This document shows positions 19,353-27,858 of a DNA stretch of 64,000 nt, piece by piece (the first letter of the stretch is position 1; each line of letters opens with the position of its first letter). The position numbers and the translations under genes were made by a program. The DNA is from Patescibacteria group bacterium (GTDB lineage Bacteria; Patescibacteriota; Minisyncoccia; Phycocordibacterales; Phycocordibacteraceae), in the NCBI GenBank assembly GCA_040390125.1, contig JAZJYZ010000001.1:307026-371025 (forward strand), written 5' to 3'. The notes below the pieces were generated by a model. That model made no database searches, was not told where the DNA came from, and saw only the letters and a program-made list of their open reading frames with translations.

Positions 19353-19489
19353 CATTTTGTTTCGATTCTCCCATCCCGCACTGAGCAAAGCGAAGGGGGA
19401 TGAGAATGCTCCCTGCGGAGCATTCGTAGGGGACTGTACGCTGAGTCAGGTGAAAGGGGCTATGTGTAGTGGTGCTGTACACTTGAGGC

Positions 19490-20221
19490 ATGCACACGAC
19501 GCTCGTATACAAGACGCCGTTTTGGAAAGAGGCCGTTATAGTGTTATGTGCGCTTGCATTCATCGGGGTTGGGGTATTAATTATGTATGCGGCCTACACA
19601 GACGGTAAGTGGATTGGGTATGTAATTGGACCAATCGGCATCCTGTTTGGTGTAATCGGTGCTGTTCTATCGGTCAGCAGTCGGACAGTACTGAGGCTCG
19701 ATGCCGGGGGTGTGTTCGTACAGCCACACTTCTTGTCAAAGCAAACAATCTCGTGGAGTAATATAGAGCGGTTTGAAAAGGTTGTTCAAACATTCAGCCA
19801 GAAGAGTCGTTTCGGGTTGAGCGAACACAAGATGGCGTACCTTGGAATTTATTTAAGACAGCCACGTGAAGCTGGTGTTGCATTCGAAGTTGCTCAGACA
19901 GTATTTGAAAAAATTGATGCAAAGAATGCCAAGGATCCGCTCATTGAAAAACAACGGCAAGGACACGTTTTTATTACCGGACTTCTTCTCCCGGGGAGCA
20001 TCGATACTGTGCTTCGTGAAGTACGTGAATATCATAGTCGTATGGTGGGGGATTCGGTTCACTATGAGCTGGCCGAAGTTTTACCAAGCACAAAGGGGTT
20101 GTTCAAACCATCAATCTACCTGATAGTGGCAGGAATTGTGACTGCTGCATTCCTTCTTCTGTTTCTGGCCTCATTCATAACTGGCATGACACCAGAGCAG
20201 TTGCTTAACTCAATTTTCTGA
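19490..20221 (+). CDS. Hypothetical membrane protein (2 TM, PH-like domain, C-terminal TM)
   Basis: ORF track; ISWSNIE motif typical of bacterial PH domains. Confidence 0.65.
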   Translation: MHTTLVYKTPFWKEAVIVLCALAFIGVGVLIMYAAYTDGKWIGYVIGPIGILFGVIGAVLSVSSRTVLRLDAGGVFVQPHFLSKQTISWSNIERFEKVVQTFSQKSRFGLSEHKMAYLGIYLRQPREAGVAFEVAQTVFEKIDAKNAKDPLIEKQRQGHVFITGLLLPGSIDTVLREVREYHSRMVGDSVHYELAEVLPSTKGLFKPSIYLIVAGIVTAAFLLLFLASFITGMTPEQLLNSIF

Positions 20222-20395
20222 TGAATGTACAAGGCGTAAAAGCATAGTCTACTTTTGGGAAAATTTTGCGTGCCACCACATACAAGGCAATCGAATTTGT
20301 TGTCCACATGAATTGTATAAACAATATAATTGTGATATTGTCAAAATAAATTCGATTACCCTCGGATTTTTATATTTAAATCCAGTATCAAAAAT

Positions 20396-22324
20396 ATGTG
20401 GAAAGCTAAATTTTTTGTTCCAGTAATTGCGGTTCTTTTGTTTGCTGGCACAGTTGCCCCGGCTCAGGCAGCTTCGCTCTCCGAAGATCAGATTCAGTCG
20501 ATTCTCGGTCTTTTGAGTTCGTTCGGTGCTGACACTTCGGTTATCGGTAATGTAAGTGCTTCACTTCGTGGCCAGGCGACGAGTGTGGCAAGTGCACCCG
20601 TTTCCTCATCGTCAGTGTGTTCGTACGTATCCGGACTTTCGCAAACCCTCTACGAGGGTATTTCTGACGGGGCGACTGGCGGTCAAGTTACGATGCTCCA
20701 AAAGTTTCTTGCCGCTGATTCATCAATATATCCCGAGGGTTCCATCACTGGTTATTTTGGTCCCGCAACCGAACGTGCCGTGCAGCGCTGGCAAGTGCAG
20801 AATGGTGTCGTCTCATCGGGAAGTCCGGAGACAAATGGCTACGGCGTTGTCGGATCAATGACACGTGCAGCATTTGCAAAGCGATGTGGAAATACGTCGT
20901 CGCCATCGTATACGACACCGATGCCAACCAAGCCACTTCCTACTACTCCGACGACGAATCCGAAGACGAACACATGGCCGAGCATTACGTTTAGCTACAT
21001 TTCTTCGGGTAACGTGATTGGGTCATACGCCAATCTTCCTGCAAATTCGCAGATACGACTCGTTAATAGTTCGACAGGTCAAGCGTATACAGCACAGAAC
21101 ACATTGGTATGGTCTGGAGGAAGCGGATCGCTCAGCATTCCTATTCCGAACGATTTGCCAAACGGCTCGTATTATTTGCGCGTAACTGATTACTACAGCC
21201 CTTCAACAACGATACTGGAGAGTAAGGCATTCCAAACTGGCTCGGATGTGCAGACACAATCCGTCACGATTAGTCAATTCAGTGCCTCACCAACGACGGT
21301 GAGTGCAGGACAAGCGATACTGTTCACGTGGAGCTCAAACTTGAGCCAAAATGATATCTCTGTCTATGGAGGCGGATGCAACATTGAAGGCGTTACCCAA
21401 AATAACGTTGCACTCAATGTCACTTCAGGATTTGTAGGTGCAAGCGGCTCAGTCACGTATGTCGCACCAGCGACGGCGAAGTACACGCTCCTGTGTTCTT
21501 CAGGTGGGAAAGATGGTTCGTCAAGTGCATCAGCACAGGCAACGGTCTATGTAGGACAGCAGCAAACAAACTCAGTAGTGATTAATTCGTTCACTGCTTC
21601 GCAAACGTCGGTGTCATCTGGTCAGCCCATTGTGCTCTCGTGGAGTTCAAACCTCACAGACAACGACATTTCGTATTACGGTGGCGGGTGTGACATCTCG
21701 GCTTTGACAAGCTCCAATCAACAAATCCACCTCACCTCAGGTTCTACCAGTGGTGCAAGCGGTTCCATTAGCTATACGCCAGCTCTTACAGCGACATACA
21801 CTCTGACCTGTAGTGCTGGCGCCAAAGACGGATCGCCGATGAATACTAAACAAGTGACGGTATACCTTGAATCGTCCATCCGTGGGGTGACTGCAGTGGG
21901 CGTCTATGAAGGGTCATACCCTTCAGGCGTTCAGCATTCATATAACTTTCACCCCGAAGGGACGGTGAATGTGAAAGTGACTGGCGATACTGGGCAGAGT
22001 CGTGACCTTGTCCTCACCTCGTACGAGCCGGTCAATTGGGTGCTCTCGGTCCCGAGCAATGTAATCATCAGCAAAATAATCGTGACAGGCTATCATAAAT
22101 CGCGAGTCACGAATGTTCCGTCCGGTACGCAGGTTGAATATCACTCATATGATACCGATGGACAGTATTACTATGCTTATCAGAGCTCGGGTGAATCGTT
22201 TAACCAGATCAAGCAGTGGCTTACTGGGCTCTATAGGGCATCTGACGGAGAACTGTATGGTAATTTCGTATTTCCAGGCTACAGTGCTTCCTCTGTAGAA
22301 GTATATGTCGGATATAAGGGCTAA
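20396..22324 (+). CDS. Secreted surface protein: peptidoglycan-binding domain plus two tandem Ser/Thr-rich Ig-like repeats
   Basis: Signal peptide AQA; QVTMLQKFL...TGYFGPATERAVQRWQ; internal repeat of about 104 aa. Confidence 0.8.
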   Translation: MWKAKFFVPVIAVLLFAGTVAPAQAASLSEDQIQSILGLLSSFGADTSVIGNVSASLRGQATSVASAPVSSSSVCSYVSGLSQTLYEGISDGATGGQVTMLQKFLAADSSIYPEGSITGYFGPATERAVQRWQVQNGVVSSGSPETNGYGVVGSMTRAAFAKRCGNTSSPSYTTPMPTKPLPTTPTTNPKTNTWPSITFSYISSGNVIGSYANLPANSQIRLVNSSTGQAYTAQNTLVWSGGSGSLSIPIPNDLPNGSYYLRVTDYYSPSTTILESKAFQTGSDVQTQSVTISQFSASPTTVSAGQAILFTWSSNLSQNDISVYGGGCNIEGVTQNNVALNVTSGFVGASGSVTYVAPATAKYTLLCSSGGKDGSSSASAQATVYVGQQQTNSVVINSFTASQTSVSSGQPIVLSWSSNLTDNDISYYGGGCDISALTSSNQQIHLTSGSTSGASGSISYTPALTATYTLTCSAGAKDGSPMNTKQVTVYLESSIRGVTAVGVYEGSYPSGVQHSYNFHPEGTVNVKVTGDTGQSRDLVLTSYEPVNWVLSVPSNVIISKIIVTGYHKSRVTNVPSGTQVEYHSYDTDGQYYYAYQSSGESFNQIKQWLTGLYRASDGELYGNFVFPGYSASSVEVYVGYKG

Positions 22325-22339
22325 CTAACGGTCTTTCTG

Positions 22340-22380
22340 AACAAAAACATCGTCTGTGAAAGCAGACGATGTTTTTGTTT
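22340..22380. terminator. Intrinsic terminator
   Basis: aacaaaaacatcgtctg/cagacgatgtttttgtt inverted repeat. Confidence 0.75.
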
Positions 22381-22487
22381 AATAACCATAAGTACAATTT
22401 AGATTATCCGAATGATTTAGATACAAATAAAAAGTGGCGGGCTTTTTGATGAGTGCTATACTACTCAGACTTAAAAATAGAAAAATT

Positions 22488-22745
22488 ATGGATCAACCAA
22501 CACAGCAAAAGACCGTCGCTATATACTCAACGCCAACCTGCCATTTCTGCCAAATGACAAAGGATTTCTTTGCCGAGAAAGGTATAGAGTACACGAACTA
22601 CGATGTATCGAAGGACTTGGAAAAGAGACAAGAGATGTTCAGTATCACTAGCCAGATGGGCGTGCCCGTTACAGTAATAGGGGACGACGTTGTTATTGGT
22701 TTCGACAAAGAAAAGCTTTCAGAGCTCCTGAACATCACCGAGTAG
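22488..22745 (+). CDS. Glutaredoxin-like (NrdH/YruB) protein
   Basis: YSTPTCHFC, QMGVPV, IGFD. Confidence 0.9.
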   Translation: MDQPTQQKTVAIYSTPTCHFCQMTKDFFAEKGIEYTNYDVSKDLEKRQEMFSITSQMGVPVTVIGDDVVIGFDKEKLSELLNITE

Positions 22746-22763
22746 TCCAAAAACCCGCCATAT

Positions 22764-22815
22764 GCTCCCGATTTTGTTAGTGCACAGCACTTAGAAAATC
22801 GCAGTCCCCTTGGGG
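22764..22815. repeat. 52-bp dispersed palindromic repeat (other copies at 40911-40962 and 49257-49308)
   Basis: gctcccgattttgtta...ttagaaaatcgcagtccccttgggg. Confidence 0.85.
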
Positions 22816-23017
22816 GGCGGGTTTTTTTGTGCTTCGCTCGTGTGTTTACACTGAGCGAGTCTGCGAGTCGAAGTGTGGTCACGAATATTTTTCCTGACAG
22901 AAAAATTTCTCGACCCCGCCTCGCAGTTTTTGCCTTTCGTTCCACTCAAACAAAAACATTGCTGTGGCAGGCACAAAAGCAGAAAATCTTCCGCAGGGAA
23001 GATATTTCTGTCTTTTG

Positions 23018-23089
23018 TGCCCTCCTCAGGAGTCGAACCTGAATTTAAGGTTTAGGAAACCTCCGTTCTATCCATTGAACTAAGAGGGC
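23018..23089 (-). tRNA. tRNA-Arg(CCT)
   Basis: gccctct...gagggc, gaggt-TT-CCT-AA-acctt, GGTTCGACTCC. Confidence 0.93.
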
Positions 23090-23139
23090 ATGTTAATTTG
23101 TTGCGTGCCCTAGTCTAACACGGTGCTATACTTTTTTGC

Positions 23140-23439
23140 ATGGACGAACAAAAATTGAGCGAAATGTACGACCTTACTAAGGAGAACAATAAGATGCTCA
23201 AAGCTATGCGTCGTGACGCATTTGTTGGAGGTATCGTTAAGTTTATTTTTTGGATTATTGTGTTTGTGGTTATACCGTACCTCACGTGGCTTTATGTCCA
23301 GCCCTACCTTCAAGGGTTCCTCGATACGTACCAGAAGGTTCAGCAGACGGCGGATAGTGTCAGCAGTAGCACGACTGCTGACTTCTCTCAGTTCCAAGAG
23401 TTTTTGAAGAAGTTTGGTATCAATCCAAGCGAAAAGTGA
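23140..23439 (+). CDS. Hypothetical single-TM protein
   Basis: LTKENNKMLKAMRR, TM segment, YVQPYL; -10-like box 7 nt upstream. Confidence 0.75.
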   Translation: MDEQKLSEMYDLTKENNKMLKAMRRDAFVGGIVKFIFWIIVFVVIPYLTWLYVQPYLQGFLDTYQKVQQTADSVSSSTTADFSQFQEFLKKFGINPSEK

Positions 23440-23481
23440 ATCCTAGATTTTAGTTAGAAATTCGGCTAGAATGCACAGATT

Positions 23482-23554
23482 GCTGGGATAGCTCAGTTGG
23501 TAGAGCGCTTCCCTGAAGAGGAATAGGTCCCCGGTTCGAGCCCGGGTCCCAGCA
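23482..23554 (+). tRNA. tRNA-Phe(GAA)
   Basis: GCTGGGA/TCCCAGC, ttcc-CT-GAA-GA-ggaa. Confidence 0.95.
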
Positions 23555-23588
23555 CACTTAAAAATTTGTTATAATTTTCCACATTGCT

Positions 23589-24191
23589 ATGGATTTTACT
23601 TTTGTACCAAAACACTACGCATCCCGTTCACACGAAAAGATGCAGGAAGTCTTGATGGATCCAAACGCTCCGGGGCCTTCGATTCACTACTACATGATTC
23701 GAGGTGGCTCTGACCAGCGTAATATTACCGTGTGGGAGCCAGGAACTATTGCGGGTGAATACATAAAAACATATGGCCATTACCACATTGGAGATCTCGA
23801 TGAAACCTACTGGATATTGTTTGGAGAGGGGGTAGCACTACTTCAAAAACTTGCTGTTGATGAGGCGGGAAATCCTATAGTTGACGTTGTTGAAGAATTC
23901 AAAGCTGTTGCAGTAAAAACTGGTGACAGCGTGTACATGCCTCCAGGGTATGGGCATTTGGTGGTGAACATAGGGAATACCTATTTTGCAACAGCAGACG
24001 ACAGTCCGGTGAATTTTGACGAAGCAAATCCTGTGTCTCTCCCTGGGCATGCAGACTATGAGATGGTGAAGACAATGCGAGGCTTTGCATATTACGTTAT
24101 TGAAAAAGATGGCAAGCCTGCACTCGTCAAAAACCCTCTCTATAAAGAAATCAAAAAAGCCGACTTCGGTGGACTTGAGTTAGTTGGGTAG
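23589..24191 (+). CDS. Cupin-type (archaeal-type) glucose-6-phosphate isomerase
   Basis: EYIKTYGHYH, E, PPGYGHLVVN, GFAYY. Confidence 0.8.
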   Translation: MDFTFVPKHYASRSHEKMQEVLMDPNAPGPSIHYYMIRGGSDQRNITVWEPGTIAGEYIKTYGHYHIGDLDETYWILFGEGVALLQKLAVDEAGNPIVDVVEEFKAVAVKTGDSVYMPPGYGHLVVNIGNTYFATADDSPVNFDEANPVSLPGHADYEMVKTMRGFAYYVIEKDGKPALVKNPLYKEIKKADFGGLELVG

Positions 24192-24255
24192 AGATTATAG
24201 AGATAGTAGTTTTCCTACACTCTCTACCTTCTCTAGTATCTCTATCGTCTCTAAT

Positions 24256-24741
24256 CTAGTTTCCTTTGACTTTCAATTTCGTCTGTCGATTCTTGTTTAT
24301 TTTTGGAAGTTTGAGTGTAAGGAGACCATGTTTCTCGCTCGCTTCAGCTGAATCCACATCGATTTCCGCAGGCAGAACAACAGTTCGAGCAAATGCGCCC
24401 CAATAGAGCTCTCTGTATACGTATCCGTCTTCGCTGATTTCTTTCTGGTCAACACGCTTGCCTTGTATGGTTACCATGTCTCTCGTGATAGCGATATCTA
24501 AGTCCTCTGGACGAACTCCTGCAACCAGCGCACGGATAACTATATCTGCATCAGACTGGTATACGTCGACGGTAAGTTGTGCGGCACCCGGCTCTTCATG
24601 CTCTGGAATGCTCACGGGAGCGACGTCTTCGTCGTAGGATGTACCACCTCGCACCGACGCTGGTTTTTCTTCAAACGTATCAAAATCGTTATCGAAATTC
24701 GACCCAGTGAGTCGATCAAAGAATGAAGGTTTTTTTGCCAT
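24256..24741 (-). CDS. Hsp20 small heat-shock protein
   Basis: VDVYQ, ELYWGAFARTVVLP, GLLTLKLPK. Confidence 0.92.
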   Translation of the reverse strand: MAKKPSFFDRLTGSNFDNDFDTFEEKPASVRGGTSYDEDVAPVSIPEHEEPGAAQLTVDVYQSDADIVIRALVAGVRPEDLDIAITRDMVTIQGKRVDQKEISEDGYVYRELYWGAFARTVVLPAEIDVDSAEASEKHGLLTLKLPKINKNRQTKLKVKGN

Positions 24742-24757
24742 TGCTTTTAAGATTTAA

Positions 24758-25492
24758 TTATTTGCTTCGTTTCATAAATATCTTTTCCCACCAGAGAGGT
24801 CGTCGTAAACCTTTGACACGCTCGAGTGCGAGAAGAACGAAAATGATACCAACCCAGACGCCCAAAAATACCGTGAGCGCACTTGAGGAGTCAGTGCTAA
24901 TTATAAGGAAGTTAAAGAGCGCATGCAATGTAATTGCGAGGATAACTCCAATACATCCATAAAAGATTTTCTCTGTCCGTTCTCGATAGTAGGCGAATGC
25001 GAGTGCTCCGCCGATAACTGCTGAAGAGAGTACGTGTACCAGTGTGGCGCCGATAAAGCGTAGGTTTCCCGCAAGTAGACTGTCGAAGAAATGCCCATCA
25101 ATAATGGGGCTAAATATAAAGAATGCGTTTTCAAGTGCTGCGAACCCTAGGGAAACGGTAATGAGATAAATTGGAAAATCAATAGGTTCGTCTACGTCAC
25201 GTTTTCGGAGAACCATTGTATAGGCTAAAAGAAACTTTATTACCTCCTCAATTGCCGCCCATACTAAAATGAGCAGAAATCCTATGTCTAGGTATGATGC
25301 GGCAACTTGTTGAAAGGGAAGGACGACGAGGACGGCCACCATGCCCGATAGGAATGCCAAAAAAATAAGCCCTCTAGGCTCTGGGCGTCTGGAGTCCTCA
25401 AAGAGCCAAAAGGCAAGCCATATGAGCACAGGCACAAGTCCGAATGCAAAAGCAACTAATGCTGATTCAGCCCCATGAAGGAAGGATGGCAT
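24758..25492 (-). CDS. PrsW-family intramembrane protease
   Basis: PEP, EEVIK, LGFAALEN, LHALFN. Confidence 0.9.
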   Translation of the reverse strand: MPSFLHGAESALVAFAFGLVPVLIWLAFWLFEDSRRPEPRGLIFLAFLSGMVAVLVVLPFQQVAASYLDIGFLLILVWAAIEEVIKFLLAYTMVLRKRDVDEPIDFPIYLITVSLGFAALENAFFIFSPIIDGHFFDSLLAGNLRFIGATLVHVLSSAVIGGALAFAYYRERTEKIFYGCIGVILAITLHALFNFLIISTDSSSALTVFLGVWVGIIFVLLALERVKGLRRPLWWEKIFMKRSK

Positions 25493-25587
25493 TCCTGTAT
25501 TCTAACGCACGAGCAGGGGCTAGTGGTCAGCGTTTAGCGTTTAGTGTCTGAATTTCTGAAACTTCACTAAACCCTAGCCACTAAACA

Positions 25588-27858
25588 CTAACCCCTAGCT
25601 TCCGGCCAGGGAGCCACTAACAAAAGCTCAGTTTCTTTTTTTGGGAGGTACGTCCAGATTTCTTCCGTGACGAATGGCATGAATGGATGCAGAAGCTTCA
25701 GGAAAAGAGTCAGTATGTAATAGAGAAGTCTTTGTCGTGATGACTTGCTTCTGGCATCCTCTCCTTTAAGTATAGGCTTTGACTCTTCAAGTATTTCGTC
25801 TGCAAACCGGTGCCAGATAAAATGATACAGAAGATCGAACGCAATATCGATGCGGAATTTTTCTATATGTTCTGAAACGTGTTTGGCGAGTACGTCTGCT
25901 TCCCGAGCGAGTGCTTCGTCGGTTTCTGTGTACGGTGCATCTGTAGTGGTTCCTCCACCATTTTCAAGTACGAATCTAGAAATATTCCATATCTTGTTTG
26001 CAAAATTCTTGTATCCACGTATCTTCTCTTCCGAAATTTTACTGTCGGTGCCAGGTGCCATTCCGGCAATCAAAGAAACACGTACAGCGTCCATTCCGTA
26101 TTTCTCTGCCATATCAAGTGGATCAATGTTATTTCCAAGAGATTTTGAAATTTTTCGTCCCTGTCCGTCACGCACAAGCCCATGAAGGTACACCTTTTTG
26201 AAAGGAACTTCATCGAGGAGGAATCCGCTCATGAGTATCATGCGTGCCACCCAGAAGAAGATAATATCGTAGCCAGTTTCAAGAATCGAGGTGGGGTGGA
26301 AGGTTTTCAGATCTTTCGTCTCATCAGGCCAGCCGAGCGTAGAAAAGGTCCACAGTCCCGATGAGAACCATGTGTCTAAAGTGTCTGGATCTTGTTCCCA
26401 TCCTTCACCCTCCGGTTTTTCTATGCTTACGCACATTTCTTCTGCGTCAGTCTCCGTAGCATGATCCCTGCGGATCCGACCAGGGGTCGCCTGTTCACTG
26501 TCCACTGATTGCTGCCCACTATTTCGGTACCAAACCGGTATTCGGTGCCCAAACCAAATTTGTCTGGAGATGCACCAATCTCGAAGATTATTGACCCAAT
26601 TGAAGTACGTTTTTTCATATCTTTCAGGTGTAATTTCGACAGCATTGCTCTCAACAGCTTCTTGCATCATTTTTTTCAAAGTCGTTTTCTTTCCATTTTT
26701 TTCAAACTCCGTATTGACCCCAACAAACCACTGTTTTTTTATTTGAGGTTCAATGATTCCACCACCGCGGCTATTTGTGGCAATGTTGTGAATGTATTTC
26801 TCGTCTATCTTCTCAATAAGACCTTTTGCTTTGAGTTTTTCAATGATGAGCGGTCTCGCTTTCTTGATGTGTTGCCCTGCTAACTCACCTGCGATAGAGA
26901 GGAGGATGCCACGATCATCTATGACTTGTTCTATATCAAGGTTGTGACGTTTTGCGATTTCGAAGTCCACCTGTGAATGTGCAGGCGTGATGGTCATGAC
27001 GCCAGAGCCCATCTCCATATCGGCCGCGTCGTCTTTAATGATGGTTGCCGTGATGGGTCCGTTAATCCATTCAAGATCTATAGTTTGTCCGTGTTTCCAC
27101 TCTTTGTAACGAGCATCATCAGGATGCATGACGACGTATTTATCGCCAAATTTTGTCTCGGGACGCACGGTGCCTATAACAAAAGGGCCGTATTTGAAGT
27201 AATAGAAGGGAACAGACTCTTCGACGTAGTCCATCTCGTCGTCTGAAACGGTTGTTTGAAGTTTAGGATCCCAGTTCACAATCCGGCTACCTCTATAGAT
27301 GAGACCGGCGTTGTACATTCGCACAAAAGCCTCCATGACGGCGTGGTATCGGCGGTCATCCATGGTGTAGGCGTACCTCGAAAAATCGAGCGATGCTCCC
27401 ACATGCTTCATTTGCTCAACAATTGTTTTTTCACTTTCTTTCACGAAGGTATCTATTCGGCTTAAAAGCTCTTCTCGGCCAAGATCATGGCGGGTTTTCT
27501 TCTCTTTTTTGTAGAGCTCGCCTTCGACTTTTGCTTGAGTGGCGATAGCCGCCGAGTCAGTGCCAGGAATCCAAAGAGCACGCTTTCCTTGCATTCGTGC
27601 ATGACGCACTAATATGTCCTCAATAACGAGCATCAACGCAGAGCCCATGTGAAGGATGCCAGTGACGTTTGGTGGTGGTAGCACCATTGAAAATGCTTCC
27701 GTACGCTCTTTTTGACCTTCGGCGCCGTTCAGAGGGGGTAAGTTGTCAGGGTTGAAGTAGCCACTCTCTTCCCAGCGAGTATATATAGAAGGTTCGGCTT
27801 CTTTAGGGTTGTAGGGTTGTAGGAATTTAGGGTCCATAAATACGATATTACTCTCCAA
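25588..27858 (-). CDS. valS: Valine--tRNA ligase (no C-terminal coiled coil; repeat-derived insert; start possibly 27837)
   Basis: PPPNVTGILHMG, DWCISRQIWFGHRIP, KISKS. Confidence 0.96.
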   Translation of the reverse strand: MESNIVFMDPKFLQPYNPKEAEPSIYTRWEESGYFNPDNLPPLNGAEGQKERTEAFSMVLPPPNVTGILHMGSALMLVIEDILVRHARMQGKRALWIPGTDSAAIATQAKVEGELYKKEKKTRHDLGREELLSRIDTFVKESEKTIVEQMKHVGASLDFSRYAYTMDDRRYHAVMEAFVRMYNAGLIYRGSRIVNWDPKLQTTVSDDEMDYVEESVPFYYFKYGPFVIGTVRPETKFGDKYVVMHPDDARYKEWKHGQTIDLEWINGPITATIIKDDAADMEMGSGVMTITPAHSQVDFEIAKRHNLDIEQVIDDRGILLSIAGELAGQHIKKARPLIIEKLKAKGLIEKIDEKYIHNIATNSRGGGIIEPQIKKQWFVGVNTEFEKNGKKTTLKKMMQEAVESNAVEITPERYEKTYFNWVNNLRDWCISRQIWFGHRIPVWYRNSGQQSVDSEQATPGRIRRDHATETDAEEMCVSIEKPEGEGWEQDPDTLDTWFSSGLWTFSTLGWPDETKDLKTFHPTSILETGYDIIFFWVARMILMSGFLLDEVPFKKVYLHGLVRDGQGRKISKSLGNNIDPLDMAEKYGMDAVRVSLIAGMAPGTDSKISEEKIRGYKNFANKIWNISRFVLENGGGTTTDAPYTETDEALAREADVLAKHVSEHIEKFRIDIAFDLLYHFIWHRFADEILEESKPILKGEDARSKSSRQRLLYYILTLFLKLLHPFMPFVTEEIWTYLPKKETELLLVAPWPEARG

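Noticed and set aside
19142-19360. Intron in a tRNA-Gly
   Set aside because: The intervening sequence contains a complete tRNA, shows no group I/II core, and joining the outer pieces would leave no anticodon arm.
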